DNA of 64,000 bases, from contig JANPLQ010000152.1 in NCBI GenBank assembly GCA_031422395.1, positions 11,725-75,724 of the forward strand, read 5' to 3'. Source of the stretch: Ilumatobacteraceae bacterium (GTDB lineage: Bacteria; Actinomycetota; Acidimicrobiia; Acidimicrobiales; Ilumatobacteraceae). Below are positions 9,831 through 18,411 of the stretch, piece after piece; within the stretch, counting starts at the first letter, position 1; every line of letters begins with the position of its first letter. The notes under the pieces were generated by a model that was not told the DNA's origin, searched no databases, and saw only the letters and a list, made by a program, of their open reading frames with translations. A program made the position numbers and the translations under genes.

Positions 9831-10019
9831 CCGACCTTACCCGCTCGGCGATCACGACGACGAGCGAACGCCGGTGTTGACCAGATACGCACCAACCACT
9901 GCGACATCGCCGCAGCCAGTCTCGGCGTTGCAGCGGTACGTCATCGGGAGCGGTCAGTCTGGTCTCGGCCGCCGAAGTCGTCATATCCGAACCACGTTAC
10001 GGTGCAAGCCTCATGGTTG

Positions 10020-10868
10020 ATGTGCAGGTTTACGCGGTTGCTCGACAATGATGGGACCGTGGTAAGCGAGCACGACATCGAGGCGTTCCAACGCGACGGA
10101 GCAACCGTTCTCCGCCGCGCATTGTCGGACCACTGGATCGAACTGTTACGCGACGGCGTCGAGCACAACCGAACACATCCGTCGGCGTGGTCTCACTGGT
10201 ACACGAACCCGGATCAATCGGTCGGATTCTGGAGTGACTACGTGACGTGGCCGAACGTCGTCGAGTATCAACGCGTCGTCTTCGAGAGTGGGCTTGCTGA
10301 AATCGCCGCTGACCTGATGCAGTCGACGTCAGCCCGGTTCTTTCACGAACATGTGCTGGTCAAGGAACCCGGCGCATCAGAACGGACGCCATGGCATCAC
10401 GACCAGCCGTACTACTCGATCGACGGCGATCAAAATGTGAGTATGTGGATCGCCCTCGATCCGGTTCCCGCCGAAACGGCATTGCGTTTCGTCGCCGGGT
10501 CACACCGTTGGGACCGTTGGTTCATCCCCCGCCGATTCGTCGACCACGTGCCGTACGGCCCGGAAAGTGACCGCTACGAACTGCTCCCCGACATCGACGA
10601 GTTGATCGCTGACGACCCTGATCACCATCAGGTCGTGTCCTTCGCCGTCGAGCCGGGGGATGTGATCGTGTTCCACTACCGCACGCTGCACGACGCGCCA
10701 GGCAACGCCTCGCAGGCAACCCGTCGTCGGGCCGTCAGCTTGCGCTGGATCGGAGACGACGCGACGTGGGCCGAACGACCCTGGCAGGTCTCCCCGCCGT
10801 ACGAAGCAAACGGCCTCCAGGTCGGCGATCCGCTGACGGACCCCCGCTTCCCGCTGGTCGTGAGTTGA
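10020..10868 (+). CDS. Phytanoyl-CoA dioxygenase (PhyH) family Fe(II)/2-oxoglutarate-dependent oxygenase
   Basis: DIEAFQRDGATVLRRAL, the WHHDQPYY (HxD) motif and a distal H in GDVIVFHYRTLH support the call. The start is set at ATG 10020; the upstream 110 codons of the track ORF are Arg-rich. Confidence 0.75.
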   Translation: MCRFTRLLDNDGTVVSEHDIEAFQRDGATVLRRALSDHWIELLRDGVEHNRTHPSAWSHWYTNPDQSVGFWSDYVTWPNVVEYQRVVFESGLAEIAADLMQSTSARFFHEHVLVKEPGASERTPWHHDQPYYSIDGDQNVSMWIALDPVPAETALRFVAGSHRWDRWFIPRRFVDHVPYGPESDRYELLPDIDELIADDPDHHQVVSFAVEPGDVIVFHYRTLHDAPGNASQATRRRAVSLRWIGDDATWAERPWQVSPPYEANGLQVGDPLTDPRFPLVVS

Positions 10869-10891
10869 ACTGCGCACAGTAGCGTCGCGTC

Positions 10892-12328
10892 ATGATCACG
10901 CCGCCTCTGCCAGACGGGTTCGTGGTCATCGTGAAGCGCGACTGCGAGACCTGTCACGCCGTCGTTCCCGTACTGCGACAGCTGGCGGCGACGACCACGC
11001 TCACTGTGTACACGCAGGACGACCCTGATTTCCCTGGCGATCCGGCGGCGATACACGACACCGATCTTGGGGTCAGTTGGCACCACGAGATCGAGACCGT
11101 ACCGACCGTGATCAAGGTCGTCGGTGGCATCGAGGTTGAACGCACCGTTGGCTGGTTGCGCGCCGACTGGGAATTGCTGACCGGCATCGAAGGGCTTGGG
11201 CCCGACCTGCCTGCGTTCCGTCCAGGATGTGGCTCGAAGAGCGTCGACCCTGACCTCGTCGATGTGCTCCGAGTTCGTCACGGCGGAAGCGTCTTGCGGT
11301 CTCGGCGGATCGAGGTCGCCGAACTCGAGGACGAGATCGAGATGATGTTCACCCGCGGCTGGACCGACGGCCTACCGGTGGTCCCGCCGACCGAGCAACG
11401 GGTGTTGCGCATGCTCGCTGGAACGACCCGAGCACCCGACGAGATCGTCGCAACCGTGCCACCCGATCTGGTCGACGTAACCGTCGAAAAGGTGGCGATC
11501 GCGGCCGTGATGGCAGGTTGCCTGCCGGAATACCTGCCGTGGGTTCTCACGACGGTTGAAGCCGTCTGCAACGACGAGTTCAACATGCACGGACTGCTCG
11601 CCACCACAATGCCGGTCGGGCCAGTTGTCATTTGCAGTGGTCGAGGTACCCGCAAGATCGGGATCAACTCTGGTGTGAATGCCCTAGGCCAGGGCAACCG
11701 GGCCAACTCCACGATCGGGCGTGCGCTCCAACTCGTGATCCGGAACGTCGGCGGAGGTCGCCCCGGAGGCGTCGACCGTGCGACCCATGGCACGCCGGGC
11801 AAGTTGTCGTTCTGCTTCGCCGAGAACGACGCCGAATCGCCATTCGGAACCCTGGCCGGCCAGTTCGGTGTCGAACCTGGTGTCGACGCCGTCACCGTAT
11901 TCGCGGGCGAAGGCCCTCGCTGCATCGTCGATCAGTTGTCGCGGACACCGGAAAGCTTGGCGGGATCTCTGGCCGGAGCGTTGCAGGCGATGCACCATCA
12001 CAAGTTGGTGATGGCGTTCGACGCGATCCTCGTGCTCGGCCCCGAGCACGCCCGCGTGTTCGCCGATGCGGGTTGGGACCGCGACCGAATTCTCTTCGAG
12101 TTGCACATGCGGCTCACAACGCCGGTCGCCGAACTCGTCCGCGGAGCCGACGGAATCGCGGAAGGCGTGCCGGAAGGGCTGGGCGATGGCGCACTCCCCA
12201 AGTTCACGCCGACCGGGTTGATGCTGGCCTACGCCGGCGGCGGTGCCGGACTCTTCTCGGCGTTGATCGGCGGATGGATCAACGGTGTTACAGGTAGCAC
12301 TCCCGTGACCAGAGTCGTCGTCTACTAA
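10892..12328 (+). CDS. Thioredoxin-fold domain (CxxC = CETC) fused to a ~350-aa domain of unknown function
   Basis: The N-terminus (VVIVKRDCETCHAVVPVLRQL...ETVPTVIKV) has a Trx-fold CxxC and a cis-Pro signature. The remainder (GWTDGLPVVPPTEQR...MAGCLPEY...NMHGLLATT...GQGNRANSTIGRA) is not a family I can name. Confidence 0.75.
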   Translation: MITPPLPDGFVVIVKRDCETCHAVVPVLRQLAATTTLTVYTQDDPDFPGDPAAIHDTDLGVSWHHEIETVPTVIKVVGGIEVERTVGWLRADWELLTGIEGLGPDLPAFRPGCGSKSVDPDLVDVLRVRHGGSVLRSRRIEVAELEDEIEMMFTRGWTDGLPVVPPTEQRVLRMLAGTTRAPDEIVATVPPDLVDVTVEKVAIAAVMAGCLPEYLPWVLTTVEAVCNDEFNMHGLLATTMPVGPVVICSGRGTRKIGINSGVNALGQGNRANSTIGRALQLVIRNVGGGRPGGVDRATHGTPGKLSFCFAENDAESPFGTLAGQFGVEPGVDAVTVFAGEGPRCIVDQLSRTPESLAGSLAGALQAMHHHKLVMAFDAILVLGPEHARVFADAGWDRDRILFELHMRLTTPVAELVRGADGIAEGVPEGLGDGALPKFTPTGLMLAYAGGGAGLFSALIGGWINGVTGSTPVTRVVVY

Positions 12329-12362
12329 CCGACAGTCCCCAATCGATTACTGAAGGAGCGTC

Positions 12363-12908
12363 ATGAGCACGATGAACACTCGAACGATTCTCGACCCGAC
12401 CGGAGAACGCGCCGTCGCCGAACGCGCCCGACTGGCTCGTCCTGCCGCACTCAGTGGGCTCACGATCGGATTGCTCGACATTTCCAAGCCCCGCGGCAAC
12501 GTGTTCCTCGACCGAATCGAGCAACGCCTGACCGCGATCGGTGCCAATGTCAAGCGTTACCGCAAGCCGACGTTCGCCAAACCCGCGCCTGTCGACCTGC
12601 GTCACGAGATCGCAACCGATTGCCATGTGGTGATCGAAGCACTCGCCGATTGAGGCAGCTGCACGTCGTGCAGTGTGCACGACATCAGTGACTTGGAGCT
12701 GCGAGGGCTACCGGGAGTATTCGTTGCCTCGGCCGAGTTCGTAACCGCTGCCGAGGCTCAGGCGAAATCGCTCGGCTACTCAGCGATCGCCAGGGTGTTC
12801 ACGCCTCACCCGATTCAGGACCGCACCGATGACGAGATACGGGCCTACGCCGATGCTGCCTTCGATCAGATCGTGAGCCAAATCACGTCGGAACCACCGC
12901 AAGCGTGA
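12363..12908 (+). CDS. UGSC-motif selenoprotein (181 aa). The UGA at 12651-12653 is read as selenocysteine, which joins track ORFs 12363-12653 and 12675-12908
   Basis: Both ORFs are in the same frame. Read-through gives ...HVVIEALAD-U-GSCTSCSVHDISD... An AAGGAG RBS lies 4-5 nt before ATG 12363, whereas the second ORF has no ATG or RBS. A SECIS-like hairpin follows the UGA. Confidence 0.75.
12665..12683 (+). promoter_or_regulatory. Candidate bacterial SECIS hairpin
   Basis: GUCGUGC-AGUGU-GCACGAC forms a 7-bp stem and a 5-nt loop containing GU. It starts 11 nt after the UGA. A mutually exclusive hairpin, CUGCAC-GUC-GUGCAG, lies at 12659-12673. Confidence 0.55.
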
Positions 12909-12938
12909 CGCCCGTCGTCGAGATGGACTACAGCGGAA

Positions 12939-13250
12939 CTAACAGCCGATCGCCGCTCGCATCGCTTCACATACCTCGTGCCAGCGACCTGGCGCGAGCA
13001 TTCCGGCGGGGCGAGTGAGTGCCGACCGATGCACCGATTTCAGATTGTCGAATGCGGCCACGCTTTCGACTCGGACGCCGTCGTCGGAACCCAGCGCGAC
13101 CTCGGTCGGGATTCCTCGACGAGTGCGGGTCAGCGGGGCAACCATGATCGACGTCAATAGCGGGAGCGCTTGATTGCGTGTGATCACCAGACACGGCCGC
13201 GGCTTGTCACCCGGTTCCTCGACCCACCAAATTTCGCCCTGGTTGATCAT
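12939..13250 (-). CDS. mazF: MazF/PemK-family type II toxin (mRNA interferase)
   Basis: MINQGEIWWVEEPGDKPRPCLVITRN...MVAPLTRT...PTEVAL matches the PemK/MazF pattern. Its ATG overlaps the stop of the upstream antitoxin (ATGA). Confidence 0.8.
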   Translation of the reverse strand: MINQGEIWWVEEPGDKPRPCLVITRNQALPLLTSIMVAPLTRTRRGIPTEVALGSDDGVRVESVAAFDNLKSVHRSALTRPAGMLAPGRWHEVCEAMRAAIGC

Positions 13251-13522
13251 TGCCAGTCGGACCAGTCGTCGTCATCAAGCGCTGACCAATCGTTGCCGCG
13301 ACTCCAGGAGAGTTCGTCGGTTGTCTGAGGCATCGCCGTGTAGGCGGCGATCATTCGTTCATCGATCTCTCGTTCCCGCTCGGCCTTGGCAAGTGCCGCA
13401 ATCGCCGCCCGAACCACGTCGGCACGATTCTCGAACGAGCATCGAACAATCAGCCAGTCGAGCTCGGCCAGGTGTTGATCTTCGAGCCGGACCGCCAGCT
13501 GAGTCGTCATCGTCACAACCAA
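13247..13522 (-). CDS. Ribbon-helix-helix (CopG/MazE-like) antitoxin with an acidic C-terminal tail
   Basis: TQLAVRLEDQHLAELDWL...NRADVVRAAIAAL is RHH-like. The acidic, Trp-rich tail is DDDDWSDWQ. The true start may be the ATG at 13510. Confidence 0.7.
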   Translation of the reverse strand: MVVTMTTQLAVRLEDQHLAELDWLIVRCSFENRADVVRAAIAALAKAEREREIDERMIAAYTAMPQTTDELSWSRGNDWSALDDDDWSDWQ

Positions 13523-13529
13523 AACGGTA

Positions 13530-14396
13530 TCACGATGGTATGCGAAACGTCAACCAATCCGTGGAACACAGGCCCTCACTGACGAGGTCGCTGGCAAGCC
13601 GTTCAGCTGTGTCGGAATCACGGCCCGTCACCTCGACGAGATGCGAGCGCTGGACTGGGCCCAAGATCAGCGCCTTCATCAGTCGGCCACGGGCCTGACG
13701 ATCGCTCCCTTCGAATCGAGCCTGGCGCACACTGACACCACTCGAACCGACCGCCGGATCCGGCGAATCACTCCCCCGCCACGCACACATACCCCGAGCC
13801 GGACACGCATCGCACGACGGCGAGCGAGGCCGACACAGCACCGCCCCAAGGTCCATCAGGCATTGGTTCCAGATCCACGCATCGCCGCTTGGCGCTGCAT
13901 CGTCGGCCACCTGCTGAACACGCTTCTGGCTGAGCGGCACGCCGATCACCCTGGCGTACACGCGAGCGATGTTCGTGTCGACAACGGCCGCGTCGAGCTC
14001 GAAAGCGAACGCCATCAGCGCACGGGCCGTGTATTTGCCAACCCCTGGTAGGGCAAGCAAGCCGTCGAGGTCACGGGGAAACGACCCAAGCTCGGTGACT
14101 CGCCGCGCTGTCGTGTGCAAGTTCTGAGCACGGCGCGGATACCCGAGTCCTTGCCATTCACGAAGCACATCGCCGAGCGGTGCGGCGGCGCAGGCTGCCG
14201 GAGTCGGAAACCGGCCAAGAAACCGGTCCCAGCGCAATACGACTCGGCTGACTTGAGTCTGCTGAAGCATCACCTCACTGACCAGGACGGCCCACGGGTC
14301 GCGAGTTCGGCGCCATGGCAGGTCGCGCAGTTGAGGCACACCCCAGGCAAGCACCGTCTCGGTGAACGACTCGGCGGCGAACGGGTCAGGGATCAC
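13530..14396 (-). CDS. mutY: A/G-specific adenine DNA glycosylase
   Basis: The protein has the HhH-GPD element LPGVGKYTARALMAFAF, VDTNIARV and a 4Fe-4S loop CRPRSPSCDACPARGMC. The start is set at GTG 14396, which overlaps the upstream stop (GTGA); the track start is 14420. Confidence 0.85.
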   Translation of the reverse strand: MIPDPFAAESFTETVLAWGVPQLRDLPWRRTRDPWAVLVSEVMLQQTQVSRVVLRWDRFLGRFPTPAACAAAPLGDVLREWQGLGYPRRAQNLHTTARRVTELGSFPRDLDGLLALPGVGKYTARALMAFAFELDAAVVDTNIARVYARVIGVPLSQKRVQQVADDAAPSGDAWIWNQCLMDLGAVLCRPRSPSCDACPARGMCAWRGSDSPDPAVGSSGVSVRQARFEGSDRQARGRLMKALILGPVQRSHLVEVTGRDSDTAERLASDLVSEGLCSTDWLTFRIPS

Positions 14397-15685
14397 CGGT
14401 GTTTGCGATCGCGCCACCACAGCACAACCTGTTCCGACGGACTCGACACCGTTGACGGCGGGCGCCGAATTAGCTCGCCCGTGTCATCGCGTGTCGGGAA
14501 TCGTAACTGGAAGTCGATCTTCGATTCGCCGCGGCGGGTTTCTTCCTCGGCGAGGTCGCGGAGACGGATCAGGCGTTCACGTCGTTCGATACTCCACGGA
14601 CCGACACGCAAGCTGAGGTACAGCACCCCGCCAAGCAGAATCGGAAAGAAGAACTGCGCGAATCGATATGCCGCAATACCGAGCGTTGCCGTCCGGATCG
14701 AGGCGCCGAAGCCTGACAACATTCCGATGTAGCCGGTATCGACGTAGCCCAGCCCGCCAGGTGTAACTGGGATCGCCGCCAGCACGTTGGCGATTCCGAA
14801 GGCGATGATCAGCGCGTCAGCATCCATCGAGACGCCGAACGCCCGCAGAAAGATCCACAACGCGGCAGCGTCGAACAACCAGTTGAGCGCCGCCCAGAAC
14901 GCCACCCGGCCGAGCAGTTGACGATCACTGATCAGCTGCTCGAGCCGCTCAGCCGCCCGCGCAAGCACAATCGCCGCTTTGTCGTCGTCCATTCGGAGTG
15001 TGCGGGCAACCCAGCGGATCACCCGTTCCGATCGCTTCTGTCCCTCCATCAAACCGAAGATCAACGTGCCGGCGAGGCCCATCACGAGCACGCCGATCAT
15101 CGCTGCGATGGCGTAGATCGCGTTGACACCGCGGATCGGAATCGAGACGATCAGTCCAACCCACAGAATCATGTTGAGCACGACAGCCGAGCCGAGCCCG
15201 ACCGTTGCGAGCGCGAACCCGGCGTCAGCACCCGTCACGCCCGAGAGCGTCATCAACCGGTAACCGAGCGCCGAACTGGCTGCGCTTCCCCCAGGAACGA
15301 TGCTCGATAGCGCCCGCGTGCTCATCTGGATTCTGAACAGGCTCGCCCGCGACAGCGAAGTGCCGGCGTCCCCGAGCGCAGCTTTCATGAGTGGCGCATA
15401 GCAGTACAGGGCAACGATCTCGAGCAGCAGCCCCAGCGCGAGCAGGACCGGCTGAACGCCCTTGAGTTCGATCCATGCGTTCCGGAAGCCGGGAATCAGC
15501 GGAACGACAAAGAAGTACAGCACGGCCAGGAAGGCCACGAGCTTGAGAGTCAGCCGGAAGTGTCGGCGCGGTTCTTCGGTCGGAATTGTCGGCAGTTCGC
15601 CAGTCGTTACGGCAGGTTCCGACGTGAGGTTCACGCGAGGGTTGACATCTGAATCAGTCATCGTGAGTGATTGGCCGTGGTCCAC
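14393..15685 (-). CDS. Flippase-like / lysylphosphatidylglycerol-synthase TM-region family (UPF0104) membrane protein
   Basis: The protein has about 8 TM segments and a basic N-terminal region, with a layout like UPF0104 proteins (LKLVAFLAVLYFFVVPLIPGF...). This is family-level only. Confidence 0.6.
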   Translation of the reverse strand: MDHGQSLTMTDSDVNPRVNLTSEPAVTTGELPTIPTEEPRRHFRLTLKLVAFLAVLYFFVVPLIPGFRNAWIELKGVQPVLLALGLLLEIVALYCYAPLMKAALGDAGTSLSRASLFRIQMSTRALSSIVPGGSAASSALGYRLMTLSGVTGADAGFALATVGLGSAVVLNMILWVGLIVSIPIRGVNAIYAIAAMIGVLVMGLAGTLIFGLMEGQKRSERVIRWVARTLRMDDDKAAIVLARAAERLEQLISDRQLLGRVAFWAALNWLFDAAALWIFLRAFGVSMDADALIIAFGIANVLAAIPVTPGGLGYVDTGYIGMLSGFGASIRTATLGIAAYRFAQFFFPILLGGVLYLSLRVGPWSIERRERLIRLRDLAEEETRRGESKIDFQLRFPTRDDTGELIRRPPSTVSSPSEQVVLWWRDRKHR

Positions 15686-15705
15686 TGGTACGGCCAGCAG
15701 CCAGC

Positions 15706-16716
15706 CTACTGATCTGGTTCGGGAGCGGTCATCGGGATCGTCCGAACGATGTCACGTAATGCCAGGATGACGTGGTGACGGGCGGCGGCCTCGGTCTTGC
15801 CAAGGTGAACGATCGTCAGGTCCCGATCAGGGATCACGATGATGTACTGACCCTCGTAGCCATGGGCAGAGATCGACTTCGGGAACTCAGGCCACATCCA
15901 CCAGTGACGGCCATAATCGAAGCCGCCAGGGATCTGATCGGTCGGATCATGTGCCACCAACGTGCGACCATGGTCGACCCATCCGGCCGGGAGTATTCGT
16001 TCACCCGCCACCGTCACGCCGTCAGAACGGTAGAGCTCGCCGAACTTGGCAAAGTCGCGTGCGGTCGCGTGCACGAATGTCGACCCGATCCATGTTCCGA
16101 CACCGTCGAAACGAGGGTCGGCCGACTCCATGCCGATCGGATCGAATAGTCGATCCCGCAAGAACCGACGCATCCCCGTTTCGCCGCCACCGACGATATT
16201 CCCGATGATCCGAGCGATGATGTTGGTCGTTCCGGACGAGTAGTTCCAACACGTGCCTGGCTCGTGGTCGAGTGGCAGATCTGCGGCGTATGTGGCGTGG
16301 TCATGGGCACCCTCACCGAACAGCATCGGAATGCAATGCGAGACCTCGCCGTCGACATAGTCCTCGACGAATCGCAGTCCCGGCCGCATCTCCAACAGAT
16401 CGAGAAGCGTGATCCGTTGCTTCGCAGTTCCACACCATTCAGGTACCTCCGCCGGCGCAGCCGGGTCGATCAGGCCGTCGCCGACGAGCAATCCGACGGC
16501 GGCATGCGTGATCGATTTTGCCGTGCTCCATGAAGGCAGCGGGGTGTTGGCGTCTACAGCGATCGACGGCGCGAAGACGTTGGCCGGTTGCGTGCCATAC
16601 CGCTCGGCGATCGCCTCACCGCGATGCAGCACGACCATCGCCAATGAGATGCCCTGAGTGAAGGGACGTTCGAAGATCGCGTCGACCAGTTCTTGCACCG
16701 CCATCCAAGCGAACAT
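15706..16716 (-). CDS. Serine hydrolase, beta-lactamase/transpeptidase-like family
   Basis: The SxxK motif is present in PLPSWSTAKSITHAAVGLL, with the family-typical WNYSSGTTNI. The start is set at ATG 16716 (MFAWMAVQELV). The 169 upstream codons of the track ORF are Arg/Cys-rich and overlap the divergent MFS gene. Confidence 0.8.
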   Translation of the reverse strand: MFAWMAVQELVDAIFERPFTQGISLAMVVLHRGEAIAERYGTQPANVFAPSIAVDANTPLPSWSTAKSITHAAVGLLVGDGLIDPAAPAEVPEWCGTAKQRITLLDLLEMRPGLRFVEDYVDGEVSHCIPMLFGEGAHDHATYAADLPLDHEPGTCWNYSSGTTNIIARIIGNIVGGGETGMRRFLRDRLFDPIGMESADPRFDGVGTWIGSTFVHATARDFAKFGELYRSDGVTVAGERILPAGWVDHGRTLVAHDPTDQIPGGFDYGRHWWMWPEFPKSISAHGYEGQYIIVIPDRDLTIVHLGKTEAAARHHVILALRDIVRTIPMTAPEPDQ

Positions 16717-16815
16717 ATCCGCTCCGGCCGACTGATGCTGCGTGCCAGACTCTCCGGTGTGTCGAACCCGTCCGGCAAACTGCGGGCCTGCGTACGGGTG
16801 CTTCACCAGCGCCAG

Positions 16816-18411
16816 ATGCGACGGCTGGTGTTGGCGTTTTTTGCATTCATGTTGATCGAAACGATTACGTGGACGGGGTCGCTGGTGTACGCCTACCAGC
16901 AAGGTGGTGCACGTGAAGTCGGACTGGCCGCATTTGGATTGCTGGCACCCGCCGTATTGATCGCTCCGCTGGCCAGTTTCTGCGGCGACCGATTTCATCG
17001 AGTACACGTGCTCGGCTTGAGCTACTTGTTGATCGGTATGTGCAGCGCTGCAGTGACTGTCACGATCAACGTCGGGGCGACATCGATCGTCGTATACATC
17101 GCTGCCAGCGCCACGGCGGCGGCCGTCACCTTTCCGCGCCCGGCGATGGGGGCGCTGCTTCCGTGCACGGCGACGACAACGGACGAACTGACCGCAGCCA
17201 ACGTCTGTGTCGGCGTTGCGCAAAGCGTCGGAATCGCAATCGGCCCGGCAATCGCCGGCGTACTGCTGGCGACATCGTCGGTCGATTCATTGTTCGCTGT
17301 CAGCGCGGTACTCGGGTTAATCGCCGGTGGACTCGTCATCAGTGTGCGTCAGGTGATCCACGAGGCACCCGCCGAGCGGGTAACCCTCGGCGACGTTCGT
17401 AGCGAGACGCTGGCCGGGCTCCGACTGCTTCGGACCCAACGCCGGCCACGGCTGGTCGTCGGTTTGATGGGATTGAACGCTTCGATGATCGGCGTCCTCG
17501 ATGTGTGCTCAGTTGTGATCGCTATCGACTTGCTTGGCCGCAACGAAGGCTTCGCCGGTGCACTTGCTTCCGCCCAAGGAGTGGGGGCGATCATCGGTGC
17601 CAGCCTTGGCGTGTTGCTGGTCGGCAGGCGTCGCTTGGCACCGTTGATGATGATCGCCGCATTGGTACAGTGCCTGCCGCTCGTCGGATTCGCAGCACCT
17701 CCATCGGCGACGACGGCGTTGGCGATCTTCGTGCTCTGCGGTGCGGGCATCAGCATGAGCGACCTGTGCGGCCTGACGATGCTTCAGGGGATCACGCCGG
17801 ACGACGTGATGGCGCGAGTGTTCGGATGCCTCGAGGGGTTCCGGATGGCGAGTATTGCGATTGGCTCAATTGTGTGTTCCACGCTCGTCGACCAGTTCGG
17901 AATTCGCTCCGGCCTAATGATCATGGCGTTTTCGATCGCCGGGCTGGTGTGGTTGTCGACACCCGGTGTGCTTGCCATCGACCGTGCCCGCCCAGCGCCC
18001 AACGAGGACCTCCTCGCGCTGCTGCGAGCCACCACGATCTTCGCTCCGCTTCCGGCCTACGCGCTCGAGCAGTTGATGATCAACATGCGCCGAGTCGAAC
18101 CAGTGGCCGGGGAGATCGTGATCGAAGAGCAGGCGCGCGGCTCAACGATGTTTCTCGTCGCGGCAGGTGAATTGATCGTCAGTCGGGACGGCACCGAAGT
18201 TGCTCGATGCCGCCGAGGCGACTACTTCGGTGAAGTTGCGCTGCTGTTCGATCAGCCACGTAACGCAACCGTCTTAGCCGACCGCGATGTCGTGCTGTAT
18301 GAGCTCGACCGCGACGTGTTCCTCGAGGCGGTCACCGGACACCCACGCAGCTGGCAGCGCACCAACGCGGCAGCTGACCAGCGCTCCCCGACCTTCAGTC
18401 CAGAGCGATGA
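16816..18411 (+). CDS. MFS-type transporter fused to a C-terminal cyclic-nucleotide-binding (CAP_ED) domain
   Basis: About 12 TM segments are followed by LRATTIFAPLP...GEIVIEEQARGSTMFLVAAGELIV...RGDYFGEVALLFDQPRNATV, a cNMP-binding beta-barrel signature. The start is set at ATG 16816 (MRRLVLAFFAF). Confidence 0.8.
   Translation: MRRLVLAFFAFMLIETITWTGSLVYAYQQGGAREVGLAAFGLLAPAVLIAPLASFCGDRFHRVHVLGLSYLLIGMCSAAVTVTINVGATSIVVYIAASATAAAVTFPRPAMGALLPCTATTTDELTAANVCVGVAQSVGIAIGPAIAGVLLATSSVDSLFAVSAVLGLIAGGLVISVRQVIHEAPAERVTLGDVRSETLAGLRLLRTQRRPRLVVGLMGLNASMIGVLDVCSVVIAIDLLGRNEGFAGALASAQGVGAIIGASLGVLLVGRRRLAPLMMIAALVQCLPLVGFAAPPSATTALAIFVLCGAGISMSDLCGLTMLQGITPDDVMARVFGCLEGFRMASIAIGSIVCSTLVDQFGIRSGLMIMAFSIAGLVWLSTPGVLAIDRARPAPNEDLLALLRATTIFAPLPAYALEQLMINMRRVEPVAGEIVIEEQARGSTMFLVAAGELIVSRDGTEVARCRRGDYFGEVALLFDQPRNATVLADRDVVLYELDRDVFLEAVTGHPRSWQRTNAAADQRSPTFSPER

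Noticed and set aside
9690-10019. 110-codon extension upstream of the PhyH-family gene
   Set aside because: It is Arg-rich and overlaps the divergent aldo/keto reductase start. The family-typical sequence begins after ATG 10020.
16717-17223. 169-codon N-terminal extension of the beta-lactamase-fold ORF (the track gives 505 aa)
   Set aside because: The extension is Arg/Cys/Gln-rich junk and overlaps the divergent MFS gene. The conserved domain begins right after the internal ATG at 16716.
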